Source: the human T2T-CHM13v2.0 reference genome, Homo sapiens
Reading direction: 5' to 3' (one strand)
NCBI RefSeq assembly: GCF_009914755.1
Contig: NC_060937.1
DNA length: 64,000 nucleotides
Below, piece after piece: positions 43,845-57,791 of the stretch (positions within the stretch are counted from its first letter, which is position 1; each line of letters starts with the position of its first letter). Made by a program: the position numbers and the translations under genes. Below the pieces are notes generated by a model. It made no database searches. It saw only the letters and a program-made list of their open reading frames with translations, and had not been told where the DNA came from.

Positions 43845-46800
43845 AAGAAACAACCAAAATTACTGGACACAAATCAATATAGAAAATCAATTGAGTTAAA
43901 ATTTTCTTAACATTGATGATAAAAGACCTAATTGATGGAGAAATACATTGTTTTATTATCTATGAAAATGCAATGTTCTAATGATATTAATCTTCTCAAC
44001 TTGAACTATAAAATTAATACAATCTCCATTAAAATACCTTCGGTTTTTGGTGGCAATTGCCTTGTCAATTCGTAGTGTTTATGGAATCATAATGTTTACG
44101 GAAGAAAAATAAGACTCACACCCACAAAAGCAGAATAATGTTTTGGGGCTTTTCTTACTTGACTGGGCAGAGGTGATGACTTTGTATCAGGCTTATATAT
44201 AACAAGTAATTTACAGGATTGAAGAAGGAAGATCTAGGAAGGAGTTGGCAGAGTATATTTAAAAGAAATTGGTCTTGCGTGTTCAATTCAGCCAGTAAAT
44301 TTTCCCTGCCACCCATGTGAATGGATGAACTTCATCCCACCTTAATTGCTAGGAGAAACCTGAATTTCTACAATTTGTTTTCCAAAACTTCACATATACA
44401 AGGACTTTTTGACCACCAACTTACTGCAGTGAATACTCAAGGTCACTAAGAGGTAAAGATAGCTTTTATGGACAAGGAAGGAGAAAAACATTTTTAAAAA
44501 ACGTTGGTCTTATGAAGTCACATTAATAGCACTTCCAAGCTTAAAGCAGAGATCTTAACTCCTGTCCCAATGCCACAATGTTCTAATATCTTTATAGAAA
44601 TCTTCATGTAGGAAACTGAGAAGAACCACCTTTCCCCTTTCCCAGTGTATTATTTACTCCCTTGTTTCCAAGATGAGGAACACAGTATATACTGCAAATA
44701 ACACTGAATTAAGACAAGTTGGAGTAGTGGAAGGTGGCAAGCAGGTTGGTTCTTTCCTAAATTATTTTAGTATCGAGGATTTCTTTTTCCCATTAAATTG
44801 TATTAGTTCAGTTTTATAGAAATAAACTATTAAGATAATTGTTATGTTGTCAGAATTAAAGAATATACTAGAAGGAAAATGCATATACTATTTGTATTCA
44901 AAATTTTAAAGTTAGGCCACAACAACATAGAGAATCTGAATGGCCACATCTGAAAAATCCAACATTTAGAAATCATTTCAAAGGTAGTTGGCTGTTTGTA
45001 AAAGAAAGAAAGTAAGATTTGAACTATTCCTTTTTTAGTGTCAGACAGTTTTTGATGTACTGAAAGAAACTGGATGCAGTACGGTTTACATGGATTTCTC
45101 TGTATTTTACATGATTCTTGTTTATTATTTCTTTGTTGGTTTTAAATGAACTTCACCTATTTGTAGACATAGTTTTCAACTCTCCTCCTCCTGTTTTTTG
45201 GCAGATTACTATATTGACATTTGTGGAAACTTGCTTTCTTCACTGATATTTGTCAATTTATCACACATCAAGGGATTTTTTCAGCATGCAATGGTACTGT
45301 AATTGAATTCAGTACATATTACTAAAAACACTTTTAAATAATTTTAAGGACTATTTCATCATTTGGTGCTTGGATAATTTTGAAACTGAAAAACACTTGG
45401 CAAATGCATTCACATTTGTTAAAATTGACCCCAACCCCATACATCCTTAACCAAGACTGAATAAATATTCCAAGTGTCTTCATAGCAGGTCATGGGGTCA
45501 TTCCAATTGGAAAATAAGAGTTCAGATGCTATTTCTTTACCTAAGCTAATTGCAAACAAATGTTCCTTTTGTCAGAAAAAAAAAAGAAAAAGAAAAAAAT
45601 TAAGCCCAGTGGGAAAGCTCTTTCTATGTTTGGTGCTAGTTTTTGGTAGCCTAGGTCATCCAAAGATCTCATTTTTCCTTTTGGTTCTCCTCAGTCAGGA
45701 TTGCCTGGGCATAAATTTTTACTCCTAATCCAGCTTCTATTGTTTAATTTATCTTAAGCATATGTAAAATTAGCATTCATTTTTGGGTGCTAGGGATCAT
45801 AATGCTCCTTATTATAGAATTTCCCATATCTGTTGGCCAGGAAGAAATAAACAAAGCAGGCCCAGAGCTCAAATTGCTAGCCTGATAGGCTTCTAGAAGG
45901 ACCAAAATAAGAATGCAAAAGTCAGAGTGAGGAAAATACCGAGTATACTAATGGAACTGCCCACACAGAAAAGAAGCCACTCTGAAAAAGTTGAGTTGAG
46001 CCCTTAAGCTGTGTAAGGAAAAAGGCTCAACGCACTAAAGAAGGAAAACCCAATAAATGCAAAGAACAAGCTGTTTTACTCTTCATTTCATACTTGCGTT
46101 ACCAAATGCCTATTCTGAGCTTGCTTTCTGTTTGAAAGACCTTGAGGGTTCAAACACTTTATTAATTGGTCAAGTTAAATCACTTGCCCACTGCCTTTGC
46201 TGTAACACCCACATTCTCAGCATAACCATTGGCCACCTGTACTCAGCATGTTCTCACACATGGCCATTAACTCTGAAAACTAACGCAAGCCAAACAAAGC
46301 CTAAGGAATAAATGGGTTGCCATAAGAAAACAATTAAAAAGTCACCTGTTGTGAAAAGACATATTTAATCAAACCTGAGCAAAGAGACCACCCAAGATTA
46401 AACAGAAGTTTTTCTACAAGTCTAGTATTTACAATACAGGTGCATGTTTGTGAATGAGTGATTGTGATGAAAATATATTTACTTGATTTGTTTGAACACT
46501 CAGAATAAATGTTCCTGATGTAATAAAAATTTACTTAGTTTGTTTTTTATAATACTATGGATCTATTTTTTCTTCTTTAAAAACTAAAAGTAGCTTACAT
46601 TTTACACACATCTGATAATTAATGACATTAATGAGTAAAATATCTGATTGCTAATTAGATAACCCATTGTATTCATTCAGATTTGTGGGTATAAATTATG
46701 CTAAAATTTGAAAGATGAATTCTTTATCTACCTAAAAATAAACAATCATCAAGATACCTATATGTAATTTCCAAATCTTCTAATTGGTTATTTCTTTCTT

Positions 46801-47314
46801 CAAGATAGGTTTCTTCAAGCAGTTTTTTAGATTTACAACATAGACATTTTAAACACGTTAGAAAAAATAAAATTATTGCATCGTGTTTTAAATTTCTGTT
46901 ACTAAAATTTAAATTTCTAAAATTAATGGAGGAAAGCATCCATCATATGATTCTACAAGAAGGACTAAAATATTATTTGTGTTAAATGTTTTAGGAAGAA
47001 AATAATCACACATTTTCACTCATACATGAAAATTCACATTAAAAAACAGAAGGTGCATTTGTTACTAAAAGAAGAGTAGATTTCTCATGTTTAGAAGTTG
47101 TAGGAGTAAAACTGTATGATGAAAACGGTAAATCATAATTGCCTCTATCCCAATAATCTCATTGGTATCTATTTTTAAATACCTTTTCTTTGAACAAATA
47201 TTATGCCAAATTTGAATGTTTCACTTGAAATTTATAGAAACACAACTGAAAAAATATTTAGACCTGAGTTTCTATGTCCGTAGGTAGGGATAAATATTCT
47301 TTTGTTTAGAGTCA

Positions 47315-47590
47315 AGATGGTATGCAAAGTGACTAAGGACCTAGACAGCCAGGATCAAAACCTGTCTACAACTTGAACTATGTGACTGAAGGCCAATTTC
47401 TTAAACTGTGTCACATTTTGTTTATCTGTAAAGTGGGCAAATATTAGCAACTACCTGATAGACTTGTGAAATTATATTATTTAATGTAAGTCTAGTTGCC
47501 TCCTTAGAGCAGTAGGCAGTGTGTCAGTCTCATAATGTAAGTAAAGTGCTGGCATACATCAAATACAATTTGTTTATTATCAATAATGTT
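47315..47590 (+). mobile_element. MIR SINE
   Basis: ctatgtgact...tttcttaaactgtg...tttatctgtaaagtggg...tcaataatgtt. Confidence 0.65.
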
Positions 47591-48050
47591 GCTATTGTGT
47601 CATATTTCACAGGTTTCTGATGATTTCAGGAGATAAAATATGTAAAATCTTCTTGTTCATTTAAAAGAAGTTCCTTATATAATTCATAATTAAATATTAA
47701 AAATGTGTTTTTATTATTTTGAATTTGAATTGGTTTTTCAAAAGCAAAATATAGCTGTAAACATAATGCTTAATGAATTATATTATACCAACTAATAAAT
47801 TTACTACAAAAGAAATAGCAAGAGATGACAAATATTTGTTTGTGATTTATAATGTCACAAAAATGAAAATAAATGCAACAGAATAAATGCTTTATAGTTC
47901 TACCTCTATTATAGAGCCTTTTTTGGCTACTAGGGTCTTTCTGTTATTTTCCTCCACTTTATGTATATAAGACATGTATGGGCATAGTAACATAGTATAG
48001 CTATTCTACAGAGCTTAAACTCAGTATGTCCAGAACTGCCTTCATAAATG

Positions 48051-48225
48051 TTCTTTCTTTCTTTCTTTTTTAAAGAGACAGAGTCTTGCTCTGTTGCTCA
48101 TGCTGCAAGGCAGTGGTGTGATCATAGCTAACTATAACGTTGAATCCCTGGACTCTAGAGATCCTCTCACCTGCTCCTCCCACAGCACTGGGATTACAGG
48201 TGTGAACCGCAGAAACTTGCAGGCC
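48051..48225 (-). mobile_element. FRAM/FAM-like Alu monomer
   Basis: gagacagagtcttgctctgttg...gcagtggtgtgatcatagct...ctgggattacaggtgtgaacc. Confidence 0.85.
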
Positions 48226-48229
48226 TTAA

Positions 48230-49190
48230 ACTTTCTTCTTTCAAGTATATCTACCCGGGCATTGTTTAGACTAGATTTACCTGCTTCTAAAAATTGATAT
48301 TCTTCAACAATTACTATTGATTTTCTTGTGTATGCCAGAGAGATTTCATTCTTCAATTCTTCACATCTACTCAATTACATGTACCTATGAATTCTACCCC
48401 CTAAACAGCTCTTGAAAATTATCTGTTATTTTCTTCTTCATGCTTTGGTTCAGGCCTTCATTATCCTTTGTACTGAACTATTATAATAATCATAGTTTTG
48501 AACTTGTTTTCTCAATCGTTGTTCTTGGCCTCTTAAATCTGCTTTCCACTTTGTCCCTTCCGTTCCCGTCCTTCTCCTTCCCTTTTCTTCCATCACCTTC
48601 CCACACTCCTACAATAAGAAACTGCTTGCCCTTCTTGGGAAGTGCCAGTAGCTTCTAAGACTTCATGCTTTTGGATTGTTTTCTCTGCCTAGCATATAGT
48701 TAGTTAGTTATTTTTAGAGACAGGGGTCTTCCAAGCTGGAGTGCAGTGGCACCATCATGGCTCACTGCGGCCTTGACCCCCTAGGCTCAAGGGATCCTCC
48801 CACCTTCCCTCCCAGTAGCTGGGACTACAGGCATACGTTACCACAACTGGCTAATTTTTATTTTTGTTATGTTTCTATGTTGCCCAGTCTGGTCTCAAAC
48901 TCCTGGGCTCAAGTGATTCTCTTCCCTCACCCTCTCAAAGTGCTGGGATTACATGCATGAGCCACTGTGCCCAGCCCATGTTCCTCTTTCTTTAAACAAT
49001 GAATTCCACTCATTATTCTTATATAAGCCAGATCAGCGTCATGCCCTTTGAGACTTCTCCTTTGACACCCTGGAATAAATGATTCCTTCTTCCTCTGTCA
49101 CAAGACAGTGTCATATACTCCTACTGGAGGATTTACCACACTCAGCTGAAATTGTTTTTATTTTGCCACCATTGAACTAAAAGCTGTATT
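48230..49190 (+). mobile_element. L2 LINE fragments around an AluJ
   Basis: cctatgaattctaccccctaaacagctcttgaa...caggccttcattatc...ccattgaactaaaagct. Confidence 0.55.
48711..48976 (-). mobile_element. AluJ with small deletions
   Basis: tttttagagacagggg...ctaggctcaagggatcctcccacct...ctcctgggctcaagtgat...gagccactgtgcccagcc. Confidence 0.92.
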
Positions 49191-49320
49191 TGGTAGGTAA
49201 TTAGAATTTTTGTTTGATTTTTAATATATGTTATCCCACTTTAATTTTTTCCAAACAGGAATTATTTTTTTAATCTACCATTTATTATTACTATTACTTT
49301 ATTTAAAAATACTATTATTA

Positions 49321-49671
<351 letters not shown>

Positions 49672-51081
49672 TTACCTAATCTTTAGTATGTATAAAATTT
49701 TGACTATTTTGTTTGGATATTTTTGTTATTTGTTTTCCTTTTTACTTTCTATTTATGAATAATATTATTTTGTTTATCTACTGTCATAAAGTCATATTTT
49801 TCTCTTCTGATACTTTCATTTATATATGTGGCTCCATTGCATTTATTATTTAATGATTACAGGAAAGGAAGAGGTAGAAATGTCTGACTTCCAAAAGGGA
49901 AAGTAAGAAACACTTGAAACATGTGAATGGCAGCTGTAGTTCTTATCCTGCTTCAGAACACCTGTATTCTTATCTTAGCTTTAATAAAGAGTACAGATAC
50001 TTGTTTGATCTTTTCTTGTTGAAATACATCCATCCATAATTGTGGAAAAATAGAGCTTCTTTTAATTTTGTGAAAGATAAGTAATATAAGCTTGTGCATA
50101 AAAAGCATTCTGGCCTTTTCAGATGAATCAATAAGAAGAATGATCATCAGAACACTAATAAAAATAGTAGCATTATCATAAGATATTGTGGTATTATACC
50201 AAAAAACCCTGAGTTTAATTAAAATTCATGTATGGTTCAAAGAATAATTTTACACTATTAGACGATTATCTGGTTATTAGTTGTAAATACTTCAGAATAA
50301 GAGCATAGTTGAATAGGGCACTTAATACAGATCAGTTATGTGTTTTCTCAAATGTGCCTTTTTGACAGAAATATGTATTTCAAGGTTTTGGTATCTTTTT
50401 TGAGGATTTCCTACCACATATTTCTCTTGAATTCTAATTTTAAAAATACTCAAAGTCTACCAGATAATTCAAAATAAAATAAAAGTTAAAATAAAAGCCC
50501 TTGCCTTGCTTTTCCTTTGGCTCTGAGCGGAAGGATCAGAAGTGGCTGCTGAGACCACCAGCGAAGAACAGCTGTCTTATGAAACAGCAGGAAAGAGTGC
50601 TCCAGGAAGGACGAGAGGAACTCTAAATAGAGGGCTTTAACATGAAAGCGTGTGTGTCTGGAGGGCTAAAGGCAAGATGACTGTGAACTTCTGAAACTGG
50701 TAAATAAAATGGCATGGCAATGTAAAAGAGAAAGCACACCAAATATAAACAAAACACAGAAATGTTCAAAGGAAATGCAACTGAAATTTAGAACATTCTT
50801 TAACTTGAATATTCCTAACCAAACATTTAGTAAAAAAAATTTTTTTTTCAATAAATGTTAAAAAGTCACCTGACACTAGTATTTCCTTTAGGTAACATTT
50901 TCATGCACACTGGCAGGCAGCAAAATGAACTGAATTTATTAATTTCTTATTTCCAACGGTGGTGCCTGGTGACTTGGACCATCTACATTAAGCAAAATCT
51001 GTGCCTCTGCCCACTCTACCCTTGCCACTGAGCATTTTTTTTTTCATCTCTTCCTAAAATGCTGCTCAAAAGCGTCATCTT

Positions 51082-51387
<306 letters not shown>

Positions 51388-51494
51388 CTTAATCTTCCTA
51401 ATGCTTTCCAAGATCACACTCCTTCTGTTATGGGCAATCCTAGCATTTATTTTTATGTACCTCTGTCCAGAAGCTTCTGTTTCTGATTATATTT

Positions 51495-52545
51495 CTTTTT
51501 TTTTTTTTTATACTTTAAGTTTTAGGGTACATGTGCACAACGTGCAGGTTAGTTACATATGTACACATGTGCCATGTTGGTGTGCTGCACCCAGTAACTC
51601 GTCATTTAACATTAGGTATATCTCCAAATGCTATCCCTCCTCCCTCCCCAGTGTGTGATGTTCCCCTTCCTGTGTCCATGTGTTCTCATTGTTCAATTCC
51701 CACCTATGTGTGAGAACATGTGGTGTTTGGTTTTTTTGTCCTTGTGATAGTTTGCTGAGAATGGTGGTTTCCAGCTTCATCCATGTCCCTACAAAGGACA
51801 TAAACTCATCCTTTTTTATGGCTGCATAGTATTCCATGGTGTATATGTGCCACATTTTCTTAATCCAGTCTATCATTGTTGGACATTTGGGTTGGTTCCA
51901 AGTCTTTGCTATTGTGAATAGTGCCACAGTAAACATACGTGTGCCTGTGTCTTTATAGCAGCATGATTTATAGTCCTTTGGGTATATACCGAGTAATGGG
52001 ATTGCTGGGTCAAATGGTATTTCTAGTTCTAGATCCCTGAGGAATCGCCACACTGACTTCCACAATGGTTGAACTAGTTTACAGTCCCACCAACAGTGTA
52101 AAAATGTTCCTATTTCTCCACATCCTTTCCAGCACCTGTTGTTTCCTGACTTTTTAATGATCGCCATTCTAACTGGTGTGAGATGGTATCTCATTGTGGC
52201 TTTGATTTGCATTTCTCTAATAGCCGGTGATGATGAGCATTTTTTCATGTGTCTTTTGGCTGCATAAATGTCTTCTTTTGAGAAGTGTCTGTTAATATCC
52301 TTCGCCCACTTTTTGATGGGGTTGTTTGTTTTTTCTTGTAAATTTGTTTGAGTTCATTGTAGATTCTGGATATTAGCCCTTTGTCAGATGAGTAGATTGC
52401 AAAAGTTTTCTCCCGTTCTGTAGGTTGCCTGTTCACTCCAATGTTCACAGCTTTTGCTGTGCAGAAGCTCTTTAGTTTAATTAGATCCCATTTGTCAATT
52501 TTGGCTTTTGTTGCCGTTGCTTTTGGTGTTTTAGACATGAAGTCC
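51495..52545 (-). mobile_element. Young LINE-1 (L1PA2/PA3-like), 5'-truncated ~1.05 kb
   Basis: Poly(T), tactttaagttttagggtacatgtgcacaacgtgcaggttag; ORF 51631-52248 is the ORF2p C-terminal Cys-rich domain ([22 protein letters not shown]...[13 protein letters not shown]), frameshifted near its end. Confidence 0.96.
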
Positions 52546-52665
52546 ACTGTCTCCCAGATTTTCATGTGTGTTTGGGACTTTTTAAAATATCCTTTGTTGA
52601 ATTTCATTTTGTCATTGGATCAAATGGTTTTATGTGGCGCCACCATCTTCCTTGAAGAAATACTG

Positions 52666-52852
52666 CACTGGGTGCAGTGGCTCACACCTGTAATCCCAGC
52701 ACTTTGGGCGGCAGAGGTAGGAGGATGGCTTGATCCCAGTAGTTAGAGGCTGCAGTGAGCTATGATTGTGTCACTGCACTCCAGCCTGGGCAAGAGAGCA
52801 AGATCCAGTCTCAAAACAAAACAAAAAAAAAAAGAAAAGAAAGGAAAAAGAG
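52666..52852 (+). mobile_element. FRAM Alu monomer
   Basis: ctgggtgcagtggctcacacctgtaatccc...gaggctgcagtgagctatgatt...A-rich tail; degenerate TSD agaaatactgc / agaaacaatgc. Confidence 0.88.
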
Positions 52853-53209
52853 AGAAACAATGCATCTTTTTGTTTGATTTGTGTGGTCCCATAATTTTCC
52901 TGAGTCTTCTGCCCCTTTTATACAATGTAGTCCCACAATCCAAAGAGCTTGATGATGTAGGTTATGGCAGAAACACCTCTTCGATAGATATATCTTCTCA
53001 TGGCTTTGTCCTTAAAAAACACGCATAGATACACGCAAATGCATTTTTATCCATTTTGTATTACTTTCACATATACTTATGAGGCAATGTTTATGAATTC
53101 TTTCAATAAATATTTATTTTGTCTCTCCTATGTAGCCTTCCTTTGTTATTGCATCCAACAGTAATAGCTCCCTTCACAAAACTACCCTGCCCTTAAGATA
53201 TGTGCTGTG

Positions 53210-53365
53210 TTATTAGGCAGTAAGATCCCTGACTTGTGTAAGGGAAGAACTCTCAATTCAGAAAGTATGAAGAGCTTTCCCAGGCTCATAGTCATTGAAT
53301 GAGATGATGTGTATAAAGCCCTTAGTATAAAGCAATGGCTCTGAATGTTAGCTGTTATTATAGGT
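53210..53365 (+). mobile_element. MIR SINE
   Basis: ctgtgttattaggcag...gaatgagatgatgtgtataaagcccttag...aatgttagctgttatta. Confidence 0.65.
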
Positions 53366-55774
53366 AATGGTGGTAATTAGTTCTACTTAATGGATTCATT
53401 TGCGATGTTTTTATCTCCCTAATTAGACTCTATTACCCTTTATAGCACTTATTGAATTTTTACTGTCTTGTGTTCTGTTTGCAGCTTTGCAGAGTGGACA
53501 AAGTATTTGCTAATAGCTTGATTGATGACAGGAAGGCAGAAGGCAGGGGAAAGAGAGGAAATATAAAGAACCAAAAAACCCTAAAAAGGCAGAAAGTCTG
53601 TGGGATTCAGATGGTCAATGGCAGGAATTGGGAGGAAGATGGAAGCTGTTGGAGAAGTTTCCCAGAAATAATATCCTAGAAGAAAGCTGAAAAATCTATT
53701 CTTCTGACAGTTTCTGGCTCAAAGGACAGTTCTGCAAAACAAAAAAATCTAAACATTATTTAGTCCTAAGACTGAAGTTTTGATCTTTTATTTTCTTTTA
53801 CTTCTGTGTTCATCTACTACATACAGAAGGATCCATAATTATAATACAAAAGATTAAGTATTATTGTTCTTTTGAAGGCACAGAGTCCATTACCAGAAAA
53901 CAATATTAATGGAAACTGCAATGCACAGTTATAGTCCCTCAAAAATCTACAAAATAGATTCCAGGAACATTACAATAAAATGTTAGACAAAGTGGGAACC
54001 AGGAAGGGAAATGAGTTTTAACAGAAAGAAAAGAAGTTTACAACCTCTTGTGGCTCAAGGGAGAAAAAGCTCACCCACATTGCTCTCTTTAAGTGTTTTT
54101 CCATGTTTAACTAGCTTCATGGAGATTCCCATATGGCTATTAAAGAATTATATTATCAAATAGAAAAATAATAAGTATATTAAAAACAGTATATAATCAT
54201 GCTATTAGAAAGGAAGGACCAAGCTGTGAGCACATTATATTTAAGAGTTCAGAAGAGTAGGTACTCAATAAACGCCATGCACAGCATAGGCTTTGAGAGC
54301 CTACTTTCTAAATCCAATATATAACTAAATAAATAATGCAGCTTTGATAACCTTCAAAATAGAAAGTATATGGTCCATTAAGAGAACACATTAAGAAATC
54401 GTATTGACTCAAGCACAGATCCTTCAAGTGCCCATTATTAGCCAAATGCCTGCATCAGTAGTTACCCACACAGAAAACAGTTTTGTTAAATACACCTCGG
54501 GCCATAAATTGCCATTCTTAGTCAGCTATTGACCAATGTCTCCAATGAGAAACTTTAAAATTCCAATTTTTGCTTTAAACTTGCCTTTTTACATGGCATA
54601 GCTCATTTTTAGAATGTAATAAAAATCAGCATTTTTAAAAAAAGCAAAAGCTAGTGTCCAGCGGAAACATTCTTGCCTGGGCCACTGCTCACATCCATGC
54701 TGCCTCATGAAAGAAACAAAGTAGGAGGCTTCTTTTTCAATTACATTGTAACTGTCAACAAAACAGCATCCTAAAAGGAATCATTCAAGTCATTTTCTAT
54801 CAAATGCCAAGGATACAAAATAGATTTTCTTGTTCCCTTGATGTATGCAGTACGAAGATGTTATCTCTGCTTTCTGAATGGACTGCACTTGATACAGACC
54901 TGGAAAATACATAATTAATCCAAATGTATTGGTTTTTAACTAGATTCACACATGGGCTGCCTAAATTAAATTACATTGTTTTCAGCTTCTGATCATGTAA
55001 GTAAGCAAACTTTTTCAGTCTGGGTTTCAGGCACAGCTCCAAAATAAAAGTTAAAACTCTGCGATTGATTATTCCCCGCCTTGGAAAACAAGGCTGCTCC
55101 AACTACTCTGGCTCATAGACTCTGGCAAGAGTTTCCTCAGTTGAACCTAGATCACTATCCACAATCTGTTCTTCTTCCTTTAATTTTACTGATTAAATTT
55201 TAGCTCTACCTTTTTGATCTGTGTTTCCTTGAGTTTATTACATTCTAGACTTCCTTTTCCACCTTTCTCTTCTCATATTGTTTTTTCTCCCTACTCCCCT
55301 CAAGCCAGCCTTTTTTTCCATCTCCATTATTTCTCTTGCCATAGCTTGTCTGCATTCACACCTACCACCACTATGGGAGCCTTCTGTAGTGTGGACTAAC
55401 TAGCTATTATTAATACAACTCTAAAAGACAACTTGTAGCTTCTTTCAACTTCAGCATTCCACAGCCTCATTTTGAATCAGCAAATAAAGGATGGGTTTTT
55501 GTCTGCCAAAAGAAGGTACATGTAATGCACATTTAATTTGAGAAGGATTTAGCCCTCATGTAAGTCTTTATTCAGGTGTAGTTGTTCAGCCATTTATACA
55601 TCTCGGAATGAGTTCAGTATGTGTCATGTGGAACCTGTTTGAAACAAATTTTAATCTCTGAAACTTACTTTTTAAGGAGGAAGTTGAAAATTATCTTTTA
55701 TTTTAGCTGAAGGGGCAAGCTTAGGTGAAGATTGTGTGAAGAGTATGAAGATAATGTATCTGAAACAATATCCA

Positions 55775-55895
55775 GAGAAGGAAAAGCAAAAAAGGAGAAA
55801 ATAAAGGAGAATGGAGGGAAATAAAGGAGAGGAGAAGACAGGAAAAGAGAAAGGAGGAGAGGAAGGGAGAGGACAGAAGGAGAGAAGGGGAAGCT
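55775..55895 (+). repeat. GA-rich polypurine tract
   Basis: About 120 bp almost entirely A/G, read directly. Confidence 0.85.
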
Positions 55896-56396
55896 AGGAG
55901 TAACATTAGTTTTATCAGGAGCATTGTTAACCATATTTGCTGTACAGGTTATATGTCAAACTTTTTGAAATCCTTATTCTATAGCTACAGAACTAGAGAA
56001 GAGCATCTTCTCTAACCACAGAGGAAGGAATCTCTATTTTTATAAGCTAAGGGAGAAAAAAATACCTTAGCCAGTGATATATAATAAAGTGATTATAATT
56101 TGTTACGATTAAACCAAGAATCTAATTTAATTTCGCTGATTTAATTAAATTAAGAGATTAATAATATTTGTTATAAAAGCTTATTGTTTTACAAAGTCTC
56201 ATTCATAGAGACAAAACAGCAAATAAATGAATGGTCATCAATAGAAAATGGCTGTGTAAAAATAGTCCTATTGTATCATGAATTATTATGCTGTCACCAT
56301 ATTAGGGTATTTCCATGAGTTTATAATAAGTGAGAAAATAAAATAGAGAAAAATTATATAGTAATTATTGCTTTTGTAAATCAATAAAACTTCCCC

Positions 56397-56431
56397 ATAT
56401 ATGTGTATGTATATATATATGGATAAGGAGA

Positions 56432-56475
<44 letters not shown>

Positions 56476-56502
56476 ATTTTTAATATATATATTATATATA
56501 TA

Positions 56503-56533
<31 letters not shown>

Positions 56534-56544
56534 CATATATATGC
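56397..56544. repeat. Compound (TA)n/(CA)n/(TG)n microsatellite
   Basis: Read directly. Confidence 0.93.
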
Positions 56545-57713
56545 TTATCTATTATTATATATGCCTAGAGGAAAACAGAGAATAATATCTACTAAATAGA
56601 TTTTCTGGTTTGATGCTGGGTGATGGATATGAGTGGAAGAGGATGGGAGAGAGAACAAGAACCAAATAGGAAGTAAGCAGAGGAGAGTGGGGTAGAGTAG
56701 TCATCGGATAAAAACAAGTATGTAGATAGAGTGTAATTAAGCATTTGTTTCATATGTACAGTTTATTATTTTTATAAAAAGCATATTTAATTATATGTAA
56801 ATGAATTCATGAGTGTCTCTGTATAGAAAATTTAGTCTTTTTAAAAAAGAAAGAAGAGAACTTTATTCACTGATTCAGTTCTCTTGTCATTCTACCCAGC
56901 AACCACTAAAATCAAAATTATGCATTTAGAGCTCTACAAACAAGACATGCACATATGTCTTCATATCATTCATCTCATCTCACTTCTTCACAACTACACC
57001 ACGAGATGTAAACTTACGTTTCAGGTTGCAAATCTCCAAAGGGCACAAGTAAAGCTAGATGTCAAAACTCTACAATGGCTATTCAAACATATGGGAAATG
57101 CCATAGTAACTAGACCATGGGTTTGACGAAGAGGCAGCTCCTTGATTGCAAAAATTAGACTAGCAGCAGAAACATGAGTAAATAATTTTAAAACTTGAAG
57201 AAAGAAATTTGTATCAGGTCAACAAACACAAACTATTTTTGTTGTATTATACGCATATATTAATCATTAACAGAGTTTACAATTTTTCAGATGCTTATTA
57301 GTCTTTTGCCCTTTTGTATCTAAACAGTTTTCTTTATGTTCTCATCTTCTGCAAAATTATGTGTATTTTCCTCTTGTACGATATTTTTAAATTGAAATTT
57401 TATTCTTATTGAATTAATGTATGCCCAATTTTAATGTTTAAATAATTCGATAAATCTTAAACTCTAGCAGTTCTTTGTCCAGCTCCTGCATGCCCTGATT
57501 TTGGCCACTCTAAAATCTGTTATCTGTGAATTTAGCTGTTAAGTCTAGGATTCACCTCTATATATCTAAATAGTATGTTAAAATGACTATATTTTGAGTT
57601 TTCATTTTACACAATACCTAATGAATTCCTATTATAGAAAATACACATTTAGTTCACTTTTACCTTATTTCTCCCCTGGTAAATAACGTAATACAAATTC
57701 TCTCAATATTCTT

Positions 57714-57791
57714 TTTCTTTTTTTTTTCTGAAAGCCAGTTTATTAAGAAAGTAAAGGAATAAAAGAATGGCTACTCCATAGACAAAGCAGC
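57714..57791 (-). mobile_element. Retroposed, polyadenylated 3' end of an ERV1 (MER41/MER4-group-like) LTR transcript
   Basis: Minus strand gctgctttgtctatggagtagccattcttttattcctttactttcttAATAAActggctttcag + poly(A); 12-bp TSD ctcaatattctt at 57702-57713 and 57792-57803. Confidence 0.82.

Noticed and set aside
46724-46939. Minus ORF with coiled-coil-like KKLLEETYLEERNNQLEDLE
   Set aside because: No convincing acceptor; the composition is explained by a T-rich + strand with a repeated ttcttcaag
49863-49908. Exon-like segment ending AAA|gtaaga
   Set aside because: 40 nt, weak pyrimidine tract, no independent support
51631-52248. Longest ORF (205 aa) as a host gene
   Set aside because: It is the C-terminal part of L1 ORF2p inside a truncated L1PA
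54975-55006. ttttcag|cttctgatcat|gtaagt possible microexon
   Set aside because: 11 nt is not frame-preserving, and such matches are expected by chance
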